A program made the position numbers and the translations under genes. This document shows, in pieces, positions 28,286 to 37,846 of a stretch of DNA of 64,000 bases. Every line of letters begins with the position of its first letter. The stretch's first letter is position 1. This DNA comes from an uncultured Myxococcales bacterium (GTDB lineage Bacteria; Myxococcota_A; Bradymonadia; UBA7976; VGTA01). The notes under the pieces are model-generated. The model saw only the letters and a program-made list of their open reading frames with translations. It was not told the origin of the DNA and did no database searches. The stretch covers positions 144,498-208,497 of the forward strand of contig CAKZRU010000060.1 in NCBI GenBank assembly GCA_937146725.1, written 5' to 3'.

Positions 28286-29407
28286 TTACTCGATTCCGTT
28301 AGGCTGAGTCAGAAGATTGAGCTCAAAGCGTAATAAACCATAGCCCTCACCAAGCGCTATAATCGCATCTTTCTCACAAAGAAGCTGTTTGGTATTGGTG
28401 GGCAAGGCGATGCGTTGGATCATCTGAAGTTGAGCTTCTTCTTGATTAGATTTGGCTTTCTCGAGTTTAGGTCCTAAAATGATCACAAGCTCTTCTTTGG
28501 TCGCTAATGCTACCATGCGCTTAGAGAGTACACATAAGCTTTGCACAGCATTAAATGGATAACGTTGTCGTCCCCACTGTAGGACTAAGCCATCTTTTTT
28601 AGCTTTCAAGACCGTTCCGGATAAAGGTGCAAGGAGTTGCTTGTTTGAATTGAGCTTTTGCTTGATGGGTGTGGAAATTAACTTTGCTTTTACAGTGTTG
28701 AAATGAATCGGCCAAAGTCGCTGATGAACACCAGATTCTGTACTTAACCACCAAGCATCTTGATCCTTAGCTAAAGCAAAAATATTATGAGGTATATTTG
28801 GAGGAAGCGAAAGTCGTCTTGCGGCTTTTTGTGTACTATTCCATACCCATACCCCAGCATTGCTTGCAATGAGATAACGCGTTTCTTGAGTTTTACGATT
28901 AAAACTCATAGGCGCAATATCATTGAGTTGAGTCAGCTGTTCTCTTTGCTCATTACCCCAGCGCCATTGCTGAGGACTAAGAAGTAAATCCTGTCCCTGC
29001 CATTTCATACTTAAGCGACTTTTTGAGTTCAGCTTGACCCATGCTTCAGGATATGGGCAGGGATCAAAGACTTTGATCTTAACCTGAAAGTTGGCAGTCA
29101 CTTTTGGTTGTGTATGTAGAGATTCGGTCGTTATTGTATTAGACGAATCTGCTACATTTAATTGAGCCAAGCGAGTTTCTTCTTTAAGTCTGAGTCGTGC
29201 ATTTTGATGCTTTAAACTCAAAAAACGATAATATGATCGTAAATGGATTTCATCTTCTGTTACACAAGCCGCAGTAAAGCTTCCTCCCAAATGTTTAAGT
29301 GCTTTGACTTGAATTTGAGGCTTTGTAGAACTTGTACAGGCTGAAGAAGCTAAGCAAAGTAGGATGCAGACTTTGTACCATTCATGTTTGTAAGGATGCG
29401 TAAACAT
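28286..29407 (-). CDS. hypothetical lipoprotein (373 aa)
   Basis: Signal peptide with lipobox CILLCLASSAC. No recognisable domain. Confidence 0.5.
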   Translation of the reverse strand: MFTHPYKHEWYKVCILLCLASSACTSSTKPQIQVKALKHLGGSFTAACVTEDEIHLRSYYRFLSLKHQNARLRLKEETRLAQLNVADSSNTITTESLHTQPKVTANFQVKIKVFDPCPYPEAWVKLNSKSRLSMKWQGQDLLLSPQQWRWGNEQREQLTQLNDIAPMSFNRKTQETRYLIASNAGVWVWNSTQKAARRLSLPPNIPHNIFALAKDQDAWWLSTESGVHQRLWPIHFNTVKAKLISTPIKQKLNSNKQLLAPLSGTVLKAKKDGLVLQWGRQRYPFNAVQSLCVLSKRMVALATKEELVIILGPKLEKAKSNQEEAQLQMIQRIALPTNTKQLLCEKDAIIALGEGYGLLRFELNLLTQPNGIE

Positions 29408-29550
29408 AAGAAGAAAGCTCTTTAACGGTAAATGGGATTTTGTGACAATAAATGATATTTAATCACAGAACTAAGATGGCTAAGCAATCTGACTCTAGTC
29501 AATCGTTAAGCTAGGTACAGAAAGCATACTCGAAAAGAGGTCTAAATGCT

Positions 29551-31875
29551 TTAAAAGGGGTCAGCAAGCTCTTGTGGGCGTGGTGCAAAATCATTATCGG
29601 AGCCAGTCTGAGAACCCGTATTAACTTTAGAGTCTGATGGCTCTTGGTCTTCGCTTGGGTTTTGCTCATTGACTTCATCATCACTCGGTTCACCTAAGAA
29701 GGTATTACTCGGCTCTGGTTTTAGTTCCCACAGTGAAGTTCTTGTAATGGGTGACCACTCATCAGATTTTAGATGTTTTCTTTTTTGTAAGAGTTTTAAA
29801 AGTCGATTCACCCGACTGGTATAGGCACGAGAGAGTTTCTTTTTTTCAAAGAAAGGCCCATACAAACGAGGACCCGGTAATAAGCGAGTAAGAGCACTAA
29901 TTTCTTCAGGCCTTAAGTCTATAGGCGCTTTATTAAAATAATGCTTAGCTGCCTCTTTGATCCCAAAAATATCCGTACCAAACTCAACAATATTTAGGTA
30001 GAGAGTGATCAGTTCATCCTTGCTAAGTTTCTTTTCGATAAACCAAGCTAAACATAGTTCTTCAAGTTTACGACTCAAGGTTTTTTTTCGATGCAAATAG
30101 AGATTCTTAATTAATTGCATCGTAAGTGTTGAACCTCCTCGTACAAAACGCCCTTTTTTTAGATTACTAACCAAAGAGCCCCGTAAATGAAACTGACTAA
30201 TCCCATGATGCTTATAAAAACCACCATCTTCTTGAGAAATGACTGCCAAGGGTAAGAGCTTAGGCATTTCGTCAAGTTCCACCCAACGTTCGGTTTCAGG
30301 GCCGGCGACTCGGGTAAATATCTCTCCATCGGGCATTTCAAAGCGAGTATCAAAGCTACCCTTGAGCGCATCAAAGTCAATCATCTCATTATAAGACTTG
30401 ACCTTGAGGCGGCGAAGTTTGGGTTTAAATTTCAATTTGGTTTTATCCAAGTTCGCAAAGTCAATTTCTAAATTGCCTCCAAAGCCTAATTTACCACCAA
30501 GCTTAATCGGCTGTAAATGTGGCATTAGACCTTCTGGAATAGAGTGGGCAAAGGCAGACCCTTGGATTGAAGGAATATTAAAGTCAGCTTTCATGTATGG
30601 AAGCATGTTAAACTGATCCCAAGTTGCACTAAAGGTACCCTCAATTTCACCAAGTTGAGCTTTGGCTTGATGAACTGAAATTTTAAAACGCTTTGGGTTT
30701 CGTGGTATCCACGCTAGACGAGCCATGCCATCAGCACTAAAATTAAAGGGACCTACTGGGCCATCTGCTAATTTAGGGTGGCGAATAATTGCATTCTTTA
30801 GGCCAAGCTGTCCCTCAAAGGTCGCCGCACCATCTTTCCAACGAGCCCAAACTCGAGCATTAGCATTTAGTGTTCCGCTTTGATCAGCCGCAAGGGTATA
30901 CATTGGAAAACCACTCACTTGGGTTTTTAGTTCCAACTCACTCAATGATGCATATCCATTGGCCACTAAACGACCTCCACCAGGAAAGACAATAGCGGTT
31001 TCCAAGGGAAACTGTCCTTGTGGATTGGCTTTTAGACCTGCCTTAAGATCCAATTTAAGCTTAGAGAAAGGTAAGGTTTTTTGCCCTCCCTTGATTTCGC
31101 TTAGATGTAAACCTTTTAAACTGATAATCGCCTTGTTGCTACCCCACCATTCAAGTTGTTTTCCAGCAATTTCAAAGCGCTTACCTAAGGGAACTCTAAA
31201 GTGATCACGACAATTAAGCTTAGCATGATCAAGGCTGCCTTCTATTGTACAATAGCCGGTTTTAGGCGCTTCTGCTCTCCAATTTCCCTTCAAGGTGCCA
31301 TCTCTAAAGCTGAAGTTTCCTTGGTGAATAAAGATTAATCCTTGAGCACCACTGACTTTAGCACCACTGACCTCAACATGTGGTAAGTTTGCTAGCCAAG
31401 TTTTTTTTACTGTGTCTAAAGGTGTTTGTCGAGATTCGGCAGAACGCAAGCGTTTGTTTTTATTGCGTTTTAAGCGTCTTAATAATTTTGACCACCGTTG
31501 TTGCTGTACTTTAGCTACGGTCTTGTAAGACTCACCCTTGACGAGCAAGCTTGGTTGCATCACATATACCCATTGGATTTCAGGTCGACTTCCACTTAAT
31601 ATGGAACTTAATAAGTTCTCGGACTTGAAGGTGATATCAACTCTTTGGATATGTACCCAGCGGTCAGCCCCAAGTTGTACAGAGCTTAAAGATACTCGAT
31701 TAAGGCTTCGTAAAGTTGCACTTTGAAAACGTATGGGCTCTCCAAGTTTATTCTCTAGCTTTGCAAGACGCGATCTAATTAGGCTATTTAAGATTTGATC
31801 TCGAGCCATAAAAACCCCCGCTCCCGTACTGAGAGCGAGAAGTATAACTAGGGTAATCGTCTTACTGAGTTTCAT
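29551..31875 (-). CDS. membrane-anchored protein with ~520-aa periplasmic N-terminal domain fused to a C-terminal GT51 peptidoglycan glycosyltransferase (MtgA-like) domain and acidic tail
   Basis: N-terminal TM (ITLVILLALSTGAGVF). GT51 motifs near the C-terminus (EDGGFYKHHGISQFHLRGSL...RGGSTLTMQLIKNLYL...EFGTDIFGIKEAAKHYF). No transpeptidase domain. Confidence 0.7.
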   Translation of the reverse strand: MKLSKTITLVILLALSTGAGVFMARDQILNSLIRSRLAKLENKLGEPIRFQSATLRSLNRVSLSSVQLGADRWVHIQRVDITFKSENLLSSILSGSRPEIQWVYVMQPSLLVKGESYKTVAKVQQQRWSKLLRRLKRNKNKRLRSAESRQTPLDTVKKTWLANLPHVEVSGAKVSGAQGLIFIHQGNFSFRDGTLKGNWRAEAPKTGYCTIEGSLDHAKLNCRDHFRVPLGKRFEIAGKQLEWWGSNKAIISLKGLHLSEIKGGQKTLPFSKLKLDLKAGLKANPQGQFPLETAIVFPGGGRLVANGYASLSELELKTQVSGFPMYTLAADQSGTLNANARVWARWKDGAATFEGQLGLKNAIIRHPKLADGPVGPFNFSADGMARLAWIPRNPKRFKISVHQAKAQLGEIEGTFSATWDQFNMLPYMKADFNIPSIQGSAFAHSIPEGLMPHLQPIKLGGKLGFGGNLEIDFANLDKTKLKFKPKLRRLKVKSYNEMIDFDALKGSFDTRFEMPDGEIFTRVAGPETERWVELDEMPKLLPLAVISQEDGGFYKHHGISQFHLRGSLVSNLKKGRFVRGGSTLTMQLIKNLYLHRKKTLSRKLEELCLAWFIEKKLSKDELITLYLNIVEFGTDIFGIKEAAKHYFNKAPIDLRPEEISALTRLLPGPRLYGPFFEKKKLSRAYTSRVNRLLKLLQKRKHLKSDEWSPITRTSLWELKPEPSNTFLGEPSDDEVNEQNPSEDQEPSDSKVNTGSQTGSDNDFAPRPQELADPF

Positions 31876-31941
31876 ATTTTTATAGTTTGGTCATAAGGAC
31901 TGTGGGTTGATAGAACTTATAGGTTAATAGCACTTCGCTCA

Positions 31942-33627
31942 TTACTTGCTTACTTTAAGCGAAGCTTTCTTCTCTACCTTAGGTTCTTCAATCTTTTTAG
32001 TAGCCTTGATTGAAGCTTTCTTCTCTACCTTAGGTTCTTCAACCTTTTTAGTAGTCTTGATCGAAGCTTTCTTCTCTACCTTAGGTTCTTCAACCTTTTT
32101 AGTCGCTTTAATTGAAGCTTTCTTCTCTACTTTTTTGCTCTTGGTCGCTTTGATACTATGCTTTTTATACATCACCTTTTTAAGCCAAGGCGTAATGGAT
32201 ACCCAATTTTCTTTGCTTTGGCCCTTTTTGGTTTCAACACCATTTGGTAAGTCGGCATCAGCCTTACCAACCGCTTGCATATATGAGGCCTTTACACCTC
32301 GTTCGCGAAGAAGACCCATTACATTTTTGGCGCGCTCAAGACTTAATGCATTCATATCCTTTGCCTTGTGAGCCGTGGCGGTAATGGTGACATTTAAGCC
32401 CTCACTTTTGAGTTTTTCGGCAAGTTGATTAAGGCTTTCATTAGCCTTGCGAGAAAGTTTTGGTTGGGCTTGATTACGTGCAAAACGGATTTGTGGCTGT
32501 AAACCAAGTAAGGCTTGTAATTCAGCACTGATTTCATCAGGACAGCCATCATCATCTTTAAGACCATTGTGGGTTTCTGGCTTTGATTTACAACGATCTA
32601 CGCTGTCAAAAACTTGGTCCTTATCCTTATCAAACTCTGGACAGCCATCTTCGTCTTGGAAGTTATTTTTACTTTCAGGCTCGTTAGGACATTGGTCTTG
32701 AGTATCTAAGATCCCATCTTGATCATTATCCTCGTCAATGCAACCATCATCATCCTTGTACCCGTCTTGGTCCTCGGGTTGATTGGGGCATTTATCTTCC
32801 TCATTTGAGATCCCATCATTATCATCATCTAAGTCAGGACAGCCGTCTTCGTCACGATCATCATCTTCATCCTCGGCCTCATTTGGACATTGATCCTCTG
32901 AATCCTTGATGCCATCTTTATCATTGTCATCATCTGGGCATCCATCAGCATCTTCAAAGCCATCTTTATCTTCAGCTTTGGTTGGACACTTATCGATGGT
33001 ATTTTTAACTCCATCTTGATCGATATCACGCTTACCAGCAACGGAATAACTAATGCCAAAAGTGAAAGTGAAATGATCATAAGGCTCAGCTCTTAGGTCC
33101 ATATTGGCCATCCACATGGTTGCGGCAGCTTTAAGAGCAAAGTCATCATTCAAATAATATTTGGCCCCAAAACCTACATCTCTTGTCCAAGTCGTTGTTT
33201 GATCGGCCATTAACCAACCTGCACCAACATTAAAGTAAGGAACAAAATTGCCGGGTGCTAGGTTGATCACAAAGTTAACCGCACCCTGTTGCATACTGAG
33301 ATCTTCTTTCTCAGGATTGGCTGCATTCAGATCTTCTACCTTGACTGCTTGTGCCGGCATAAAGCCATGATTAACCTCAAGACTAAATACTCGACTAATG
33401 TGATAAGCAGCCCCAAAACCGAAGTAAGCTGAATTATCAACATTTCGTGAGCCATCCCAAAATCCAGTAAATAAGCTTAAGTCATAACCTTGTGGACGGG
33501 TTTCGGCTTGACTTGTGCTTGGAGTACTCATAGTCAACATTGCTGCGACCAATACAAGATGACCAAGCACTGAGTTCATTAGGGTACTTTTTTGTGCATG
33601 TTTTTTAGAAATATAAGCTGATTTCAA
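31942..33627 (-). CDS. OmpA-family outer-membrane protein with N-terminal beta-barrel, thrombospondin type-3 Ca-binding repeats, OmpA-like domain and Lys-rich tandem-repeat C-terminal tail
   Basis: Signal peptide, OM beta-barrel-like N-domain, and about 8 DxDxDGxxDxxDxCP TSP3 repeats. OmpA_C-like block (LNVTITATAHKAKDMNALSLERAKNVMGLL). Then (KASIKATKKVEEPKVEK)x~4. TTG start with SD ggagaggag. Confidence 0.8.
   Translation of the reverse strand: MKSAYISKKHAQKSTLMNSVLGHLVLVAAMLTMSTPSTSQAETRPQGYDLSLFTGFWDGSRNVDNSAYFGFGAAYHISRVFSLEVNHGFMPAQAVKVEDLNAANPEKEDLSMQQGAVNFVINLAPGNFVPYFNVGAGWLMADQTTTWTRDVGFGAKYYLNDDFALKAAATMWMANMDLRAEPYDHFTFTFGISYSVAGKRDIDQDGVKNTIDKCPTKAEDKDGFEDADGCPDDDNDKDGIKDSEDQCPNEAEDEDDDRDEDGCPDLDDDNDGISNEEDKCPNQPEDQDGYKDDDGCIDEDNDQDGILDTQDQCPNEPESKNNFQDEDGCPEFDKDKDQVFDSVDRCKSKPETHNGLKDDDGCPDEISAELQALLGLQPQIRFARNQAQPKLSRKANESLNQLAEKLKSEGLNVTITATAHKAKDMNALSLERAKNVMGLLRERGVKASYMQAVGKADADLPNGVETKKGQSKENWVSITPWLKKVMYKKHSIKATKSKKVEKKASIKATKKVEEPKVEKKASIKTTKKVEEPKVEKKASIKATKKIEEPKVEKKASLKVSK
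31961..32150. repeat. 51-bp tandem repeat, ~3.7 copies, encoding the 17-aa Lys-rich repeat of the OmpA/TSP3 protein
   Basis: Unit gaagctttcttctctaccttaggttcttcaa(t/c)ctttttagtag(c/t)cttgat(t/c) at 31961-32011, 32012-32062 and 32063-32113, with a degenerate fourth copy. In-frame (17 aa). Confidence 0.85.
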
Positions 33628-33788
33628 GAGGAGGCTCCTCTCCCATGAATAAGGTTAAGATACTTAATAGAGGTGATTAAACGATAAGTTTTAGGAAGTA
33701 TATATCGAAATCATAATTAAAGGATTTGAGGATGTAGTAAGCTGAGTAAAGTGTCAAGCTGAGAGTCCAAAACACAGCGACTAATCAT

Positions 33789-35066
33789 TCATTTCCACCG
33801 ATTTGTTAAGTTTGGTGAAAAAATATGAGCGCCCTGAGTGAAAACAACTTCACCACTGGGGGTAAAGCAGAGTGCTTCAACGCCACTGATTGAATCAGCC
33901 AAGGCAATCCCTTCATAAGGTCCTAAAATAAATAAGGCAGTAGCGAGAACATCAGCCATGAGTGCATTTTGAGCGATCACAGTCATCGCCACGCTGCCTT
34001 GAGCCGGATAACCAGTGCGTAAGTCAATGATATGATGATATCTTTGCTCATTGTGATAGAAGAAACGTTCATAGTCTCCACTGGTAACGACCGACCAACC
34101 GGAGGGTACCCACAAGCTTCCCCAAAGTTGATCATGACGAGGGTGCTGAATGCCGACTTGCCATGGTTCTTGTTTTTGATCTCGACCGACGACAAGTAGA
34201 TCACCACCACCATCTACAATAAAATCGGTATACCCTAAATGCTTGATCAAGCGAGCCATACTATCGACAGCAAAGCCCTTGGCAATCCCTCCTAGATCGA
34301 TTTGGCTTTGGGCATGCGTTAATTGGGCTTTAAAAGACCAATTCCACTCAACCGGTGGTTGTAACTCAAAGCGAGTCCAAATCGGATGAGGGCTAGATAG
34401 GCTCAATAGTGCCTCACAGGACCTATCCATACCTTGCTGATCTTTGATGGTGAGGGCAATATACTTGTTGCTTCCCACAGCCTTGAGACGGCTTAAAAGG
34501 GTCTCGTGTTTGGGGATTTGCTGTGTTTTAAAGTTCCACAAGCCCTTTAGGCTTGCCCAGGTGATATCAAAACTGCCTCGAGTTAAGGTACTTAGGTGCT
34601 TGGCCTTGCATAGAAGCCATGCTGTTTCATAAGAAATAGAAAGCTGTTTTTTGCCGGCAAAGGTATTGATTTGCCCGATTTCCGATTCTTTGCGCCAAGA
34701 GCTCATTAGGTGTTCAATCCGTCGAGCTTCATTAAAGCTTGCTCGAGCAACAGATAGCGCAGTCTGACGATCAATCGCAATGAGCTGTACTTGAAAACGA
34801 GTCCCCATGATCTCTTGAAAAAAGTGATGTTTTGCTAAACTAGACTCGGTATGTTCAGTAAGCGCTTTCGCATCGATCTTGGCAATCGCTTTAAGGTCAG
34901 CTTTTGGCTGTGCTTGACCCATTTTATGGGTATCCACATCGTGAACTGAGTTTACAGCTTGCTGAGAATCAGAGCAGGCAATGAATAATCCAACAGAGAA
35001 GCCAATTGAGAGCCAAGCGATCATAAGAATAAGTTTTTGTAGAGCCCATTTGGGAGGCTTATTCAT
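33789..35066 (-). CDS. apbE: FAD:protein FMN transferase ApbE (lipoprotein)
   Basis: ApbE signature GGIAKGFAVD. Typical length. Probable start is the Met of MNKPPKW... with lipobox LFIACSD. The track ORF extends to 35120. Confidence 0.8.
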   Translation of the reverse strand: MNKPPKWALQKLILMIAWLSIGFSVGLFIACSDSQQAVNSVHDVDTHKMGQAQPKADLKAIAKIDAKALTEHTESSLAKHHFFQEIMGTRFQVQLIAIDRQTALSVARASFNEARRIEHLMSSWRKESEIGQINTFAGKKQLSISYETAWLLCKAKHLSTLTRGSFDITWASLKGLWNFKTQQIPKHETLLSRLKAVGSNKYIALTIKDQQGMDRSCEALLSLSSPHPIWTRFELQPPVEWNWSFKAQLTHAQSQIDLGGIAKGFAVDSMARLIKHLGYTDFIVDGGGDLLVVGRDQKQEPWQVGIQHPRHDQLWGSLWVPSGWSVVTSGDYERFFYHNEQRYHHIIDLRTGYPAQGSVAMTVIAQNALMADVLATALFILGPYEGIALADSISGVEALCFTPSGEVVFTQGAHIFSPNLTNRWK

Positions 35067-35168
35067 ATATCTTGATCGCCTTATGCAACACACTATCATC
35101 TTGGGCAAAAGGGTGCTCAATCGCTTAACTTTTGGACTTTGAGTTGTTGAGTCGTTTAGTTGTTTGAA

Positions 35169-36671
35169 CTAAAGAAAGTTCTTGAGCAAATCTCCAAAGG
35201 TACTTGTCATCTTGGATTGGTCTTGACGCATTTCCGTTTGGTATTGCTTATAAGCCATTTCTTCTTCGTGATTTTCCAAGGCTTTGATGGATAGACGAAC
35301 TTTAGCTCTACGCAGATCAACCATCATCACCTTAGCTTGTACCTCTTTACCGCTTTGGAAGCGATCTTGTAGGTTTGTTCCCTTTGGAGTTCCTGTTTCT
35401 GTTACCGGAATAAAACCATCAAGGTTAGAAGCGATGGCAAGCGTGACTCCACGATCATTGACCTCTTTGACAGGAGCGGTAATCACATCATCAACGCTGA
35501 TTTTTACGTCGATTGGCTTACGACGCTCCGCAACCTCTGGTGTCATCAGTCTAATCTTACGGCGATCGTTTCGGTCATGGTTCACAATTTCTTCGATGAC
35601 GACAGTGATTTCTTCGCCCTCGCTTACTTTTTCGCTTGGGTGCTTAAGGCGACTGTTGGCACTGATGGCACTAATATGTAGAAGGCCCTCGATATTTTCA
35701 GCAAGCTGAACAAACGCACCAAAGTCAGTGATACGAACCACCTTGCCACTTAATTGATCACCAACCTTGTTTGTTTCAACAAAGCTTAACCAAGGATCAG
35801 GAGTCAGTTGTTTGATGCTAAGAGATAAACGACCACGACTTGCATCGATACTGATCACCTTAACTTCTACAGGGTCATTTGCTTTCACTACATCAGAAGC
35901 ACGGTTGACATGTGCATGGCTTAATTCACCCATTGGAATTAGGCCTTCGATGCCCTCACCAACGTCAACAAAAACACCAAACTTTGATAGTTGAGTGACC
36001 TTACCTTGAATGGTGTCACCTACGGTAAATAGCTCAGCAAGTCGCTCATTCTTTTTAGCTTCAATGGCTTCTAAAATGGCACGACGCGACACTACAATAC
36101 GACCACGCTTACCACGTTTGAACTCTTCGATAGTAAACTCTAGAACCTTACCAACTTGCTGTTGTGGCGAACGCTCCGGACGAAGTGAAAAGTGACTGCG
36201 GGGACAAAAGGCTGCAATGCTACCCAAGCGAACCTCAAAGCCACCCTTGTTTGTTTTTGTGATGGTACCTTCTACAACAGTTTTCTCATTAAACGCTTTT
36301 TCAAGTGCATCATAGGCTTGCTTAATAATAAGATACTCACGGGTGAGTTCAATACCACTATGAAGATGTTTAATTTTGGCCTCAATACTTTGACCAAGAA
36401 CAACATTTACATTGCCTGCTTCATCACGAAGCTCACTTACATTAATGTAAGCTTCTTGACCATTTTCAAGGGCAATAAAGGCTAGATGATGAACATGCTT
36501 ACTGATGGTACCTGTGACAATATCACCAACTTTGAGGGCAGAACTTGTCTCAGCACTTTGAGCCTCGCTTGTCTCAGTCGTTTGAGATTCGCTGGCCTCA
36601 GTACCTTGCATTTCATTCGCTTCAGTACTTTGAACTTCATTTGTTACAGGGGTGGTGTTCTCAGGTTCCAT
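35169..36671 (-). CDS. rpsA: S1 RNA-binding-domain protein, probably 30S ribosomal protein S1 (5-6 S1 repeats) with acidic N-terminal extension
   Basis: Repeated S1 OB-fold modules (GDIVTGTISKHV..., VVEGTITKTNKGGFEVRL, GDTIQGKVTQLSKFGVFVDV, GDQLSGKVVRITDFGAFVQL ...). Likely start at MEPENTTPV (ATG ~36671). The track ORF starts from a TTG at 36704. Confidence 0.6.
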   Translation of the reverse strand: MEPENTTPVTNEVQSTEANEMQGTEASESQTTETSEAQSAETSSALKVGDIVTGTISKHVHHLAFIALENGQEAYINVSELRDEAGNVNVVLGQSIEAKIKHLHSGIELTREYLIIKQAYDALEKAFNEKTVVEGTITKTNKGGFEVRLGSIAAFCPRSHFSLRPERSPQQQVGKVLEFTIEEFKRGKRGRIVVSRRAILEAIEAKKNERLAELFTVGDTIQGKVTQLSKFGVFVDVGEGIEGLIPMGELSHAHVNRASDVVKANDPVEVKVISIDASRGRLSLSIKQLTPDPWLSFVETNKVGDQLSGKVVRITDFGAFVQLAENIEGLLHISAISANSRLKHPSEKVSEGEEITVVIEEIVNHDRNDRRKIRLMTPEVAERRKPIDVKISVDDVITAPVKEVNDRGVTLAIASNLDGFIPVTETGTPKGTNLQDRFQSGKEVQAKVMMVDLRRAKVRLSIKALENHEEEMAYKQYQTEMRQDQSKMTSTFGDLLKNFL

Positions 36672-37009
36672 GATACACTCGCTTTTAATCGACCTGCCCT
36701 CCAAAAATGAGGGTAGAGATGAGTTAAACTCAATCAGACTCGTAGAAGATGACCGTAAATACGGTATTTGGACATAAATTAACTCTGTTACCTTGCTTTT
36801 TTTGGATCTAAAAACTCAAAAAAAGAGCAAAGATTTATAAGTTATGGGCACTGTATAGTGATTATTGGGCAAAAAATAAACTAGATTTAAACATAGACCC
36901 TTAAAGGATTAAAAACTATAGTGTGAGAGTCACTCACTTATACAGAAATCATATGAACTATAAATCCAAAATAAATCCATATTCTCAGCTTAGTCAGCCT
37001 ATCCCAAAT

Positions 37010-37846
37010 ATGCATGTTGCAGTTTTACAAATGAAAGGTTGGCGCAGTGATTATCAAGAAAGTAAGGCTCGTATCTTAGAGGTGATCGGGGAGGCGGGTC
37101 AGAAAAATGTTCGGATTTTTGTTGCGCCTGAATGTGTATGTTCAGAATATTGCTTTGGCTCCGTTGAGGAAGCCTTACCTTTTGGGGAAAAACTGAGTGG
37201 TACGTTTGCCCAAAGTTTATCACAAATCTCTCAACAATCCGACATGTGGTGCTTTGTGGGGGTCATTGAACAAGATGATCAACATCGCCTTTTTAATTCT
37301 GTTCTGATCACTGCGCCAGATGGAACCTGCCAATTTTATCGCAAGCGACTGTTGTTTGATGCTGATTATTTATGGGCGCTCAGTGGAGATGAATACCCTT
37401 TTGTTCTGCCAGAAAAACAGCGATTAACAGCCTTTGGGATTGAAGCTTCAAAAGATGACCCCTGTCCACCTTATCCTCTGTTTGAGATTGATGGATGGAA
37501 GGTCACAGTTGGTATTTGTATGGATCTTAATGACTTACGCTTTTTGGACTTCTGCGTTCGAAGTGATGTCGATCTCATTGCCTTTCCAACAAATTGGATT
37601 GATCAAGGCCAACCGGTCCTAAATTATTGGGCGACTTTGATGCAAGATATGCATTACACAACCCTTTTGGCCGCCAATAGTTATGGCCTTGATGGTGACT
37701 ATCTTTTGAGTGGAGGCTCAGCCATTCTTCAAGCTAATCCGCCCACGCTTTTAGGAGAAGCACCTAAAACAGGAGATTTTCTCATCACCTGTACTCTAGA
37801 AAACCTACGCACTTTAAATCACTTTCAAGGAATTGATACATTATGA
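37010..37846 (+). CDS. carbon-nitrogen hydrolase (nitrilase superfamily amidohydrolase)
   Basis: Glu-Lys-Cys catalytic triad context (FVAPE, YRKRLLF, VGICMDL). Start ATG at 37010 (MHVAVLQMKG). The stop overlaps the next gene (ATGA). Confidence 0.8.
   Translation: MHVAVLQMKGWRSDYQESKARILEVIGEAGQKNVRIFVAPECVCSEYCFGSVEEALPFGEKLSGTFAQSLSQISQQSDMWCFVGVIEQDDQHRLFNSVLITAPDGTCQFYRKRLLFDADYLWALSGDEYPFVLPEKQRLTAFGIEASKDDPCPPYPLFEIDGWKVTVGICMDLNDLRFLDFCVRSDVDLIAFPTNWIDQGQPVLNYWATLMQDMHYTTLLAANSYGLDGDYLLSGGSAILQANPPTLLGEAPKTGDFLITCTLENLRTLNHFQGIDTL

Noticed and set aside
31946-32371. 141-aa + strand ORF with its own internal repeats (EAFFSTLGSS...)
   Set aside because: It is the antisense read-through of the 51-bp tandem repeat encoding the Lys-rich tail of the OmpA/TSP3 protein. 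The repeats are real but the + strand ORF is an artefact.
35284-36710. Four + strand ORFs (61-141 aa) opposite the S1-domain gene
   Set aside because: Antisense shadow ORFs. The minus-strand frame has clear S1 OB-fold repeats.
36696-36720. About 22/26-nt similarity between the S1-gene leader (gccctccaaaaatgagggtagag) and a segment inside the Wzy_C gene at 48701-48730 (gccctcctctaaaaatgagggtaat)
   Set aside because: Two copies only, with one inside a coding region. Chance 12-14-mer matches are expected in 64 kb. There is no further evidence for a mobile or regulatory repeat family.
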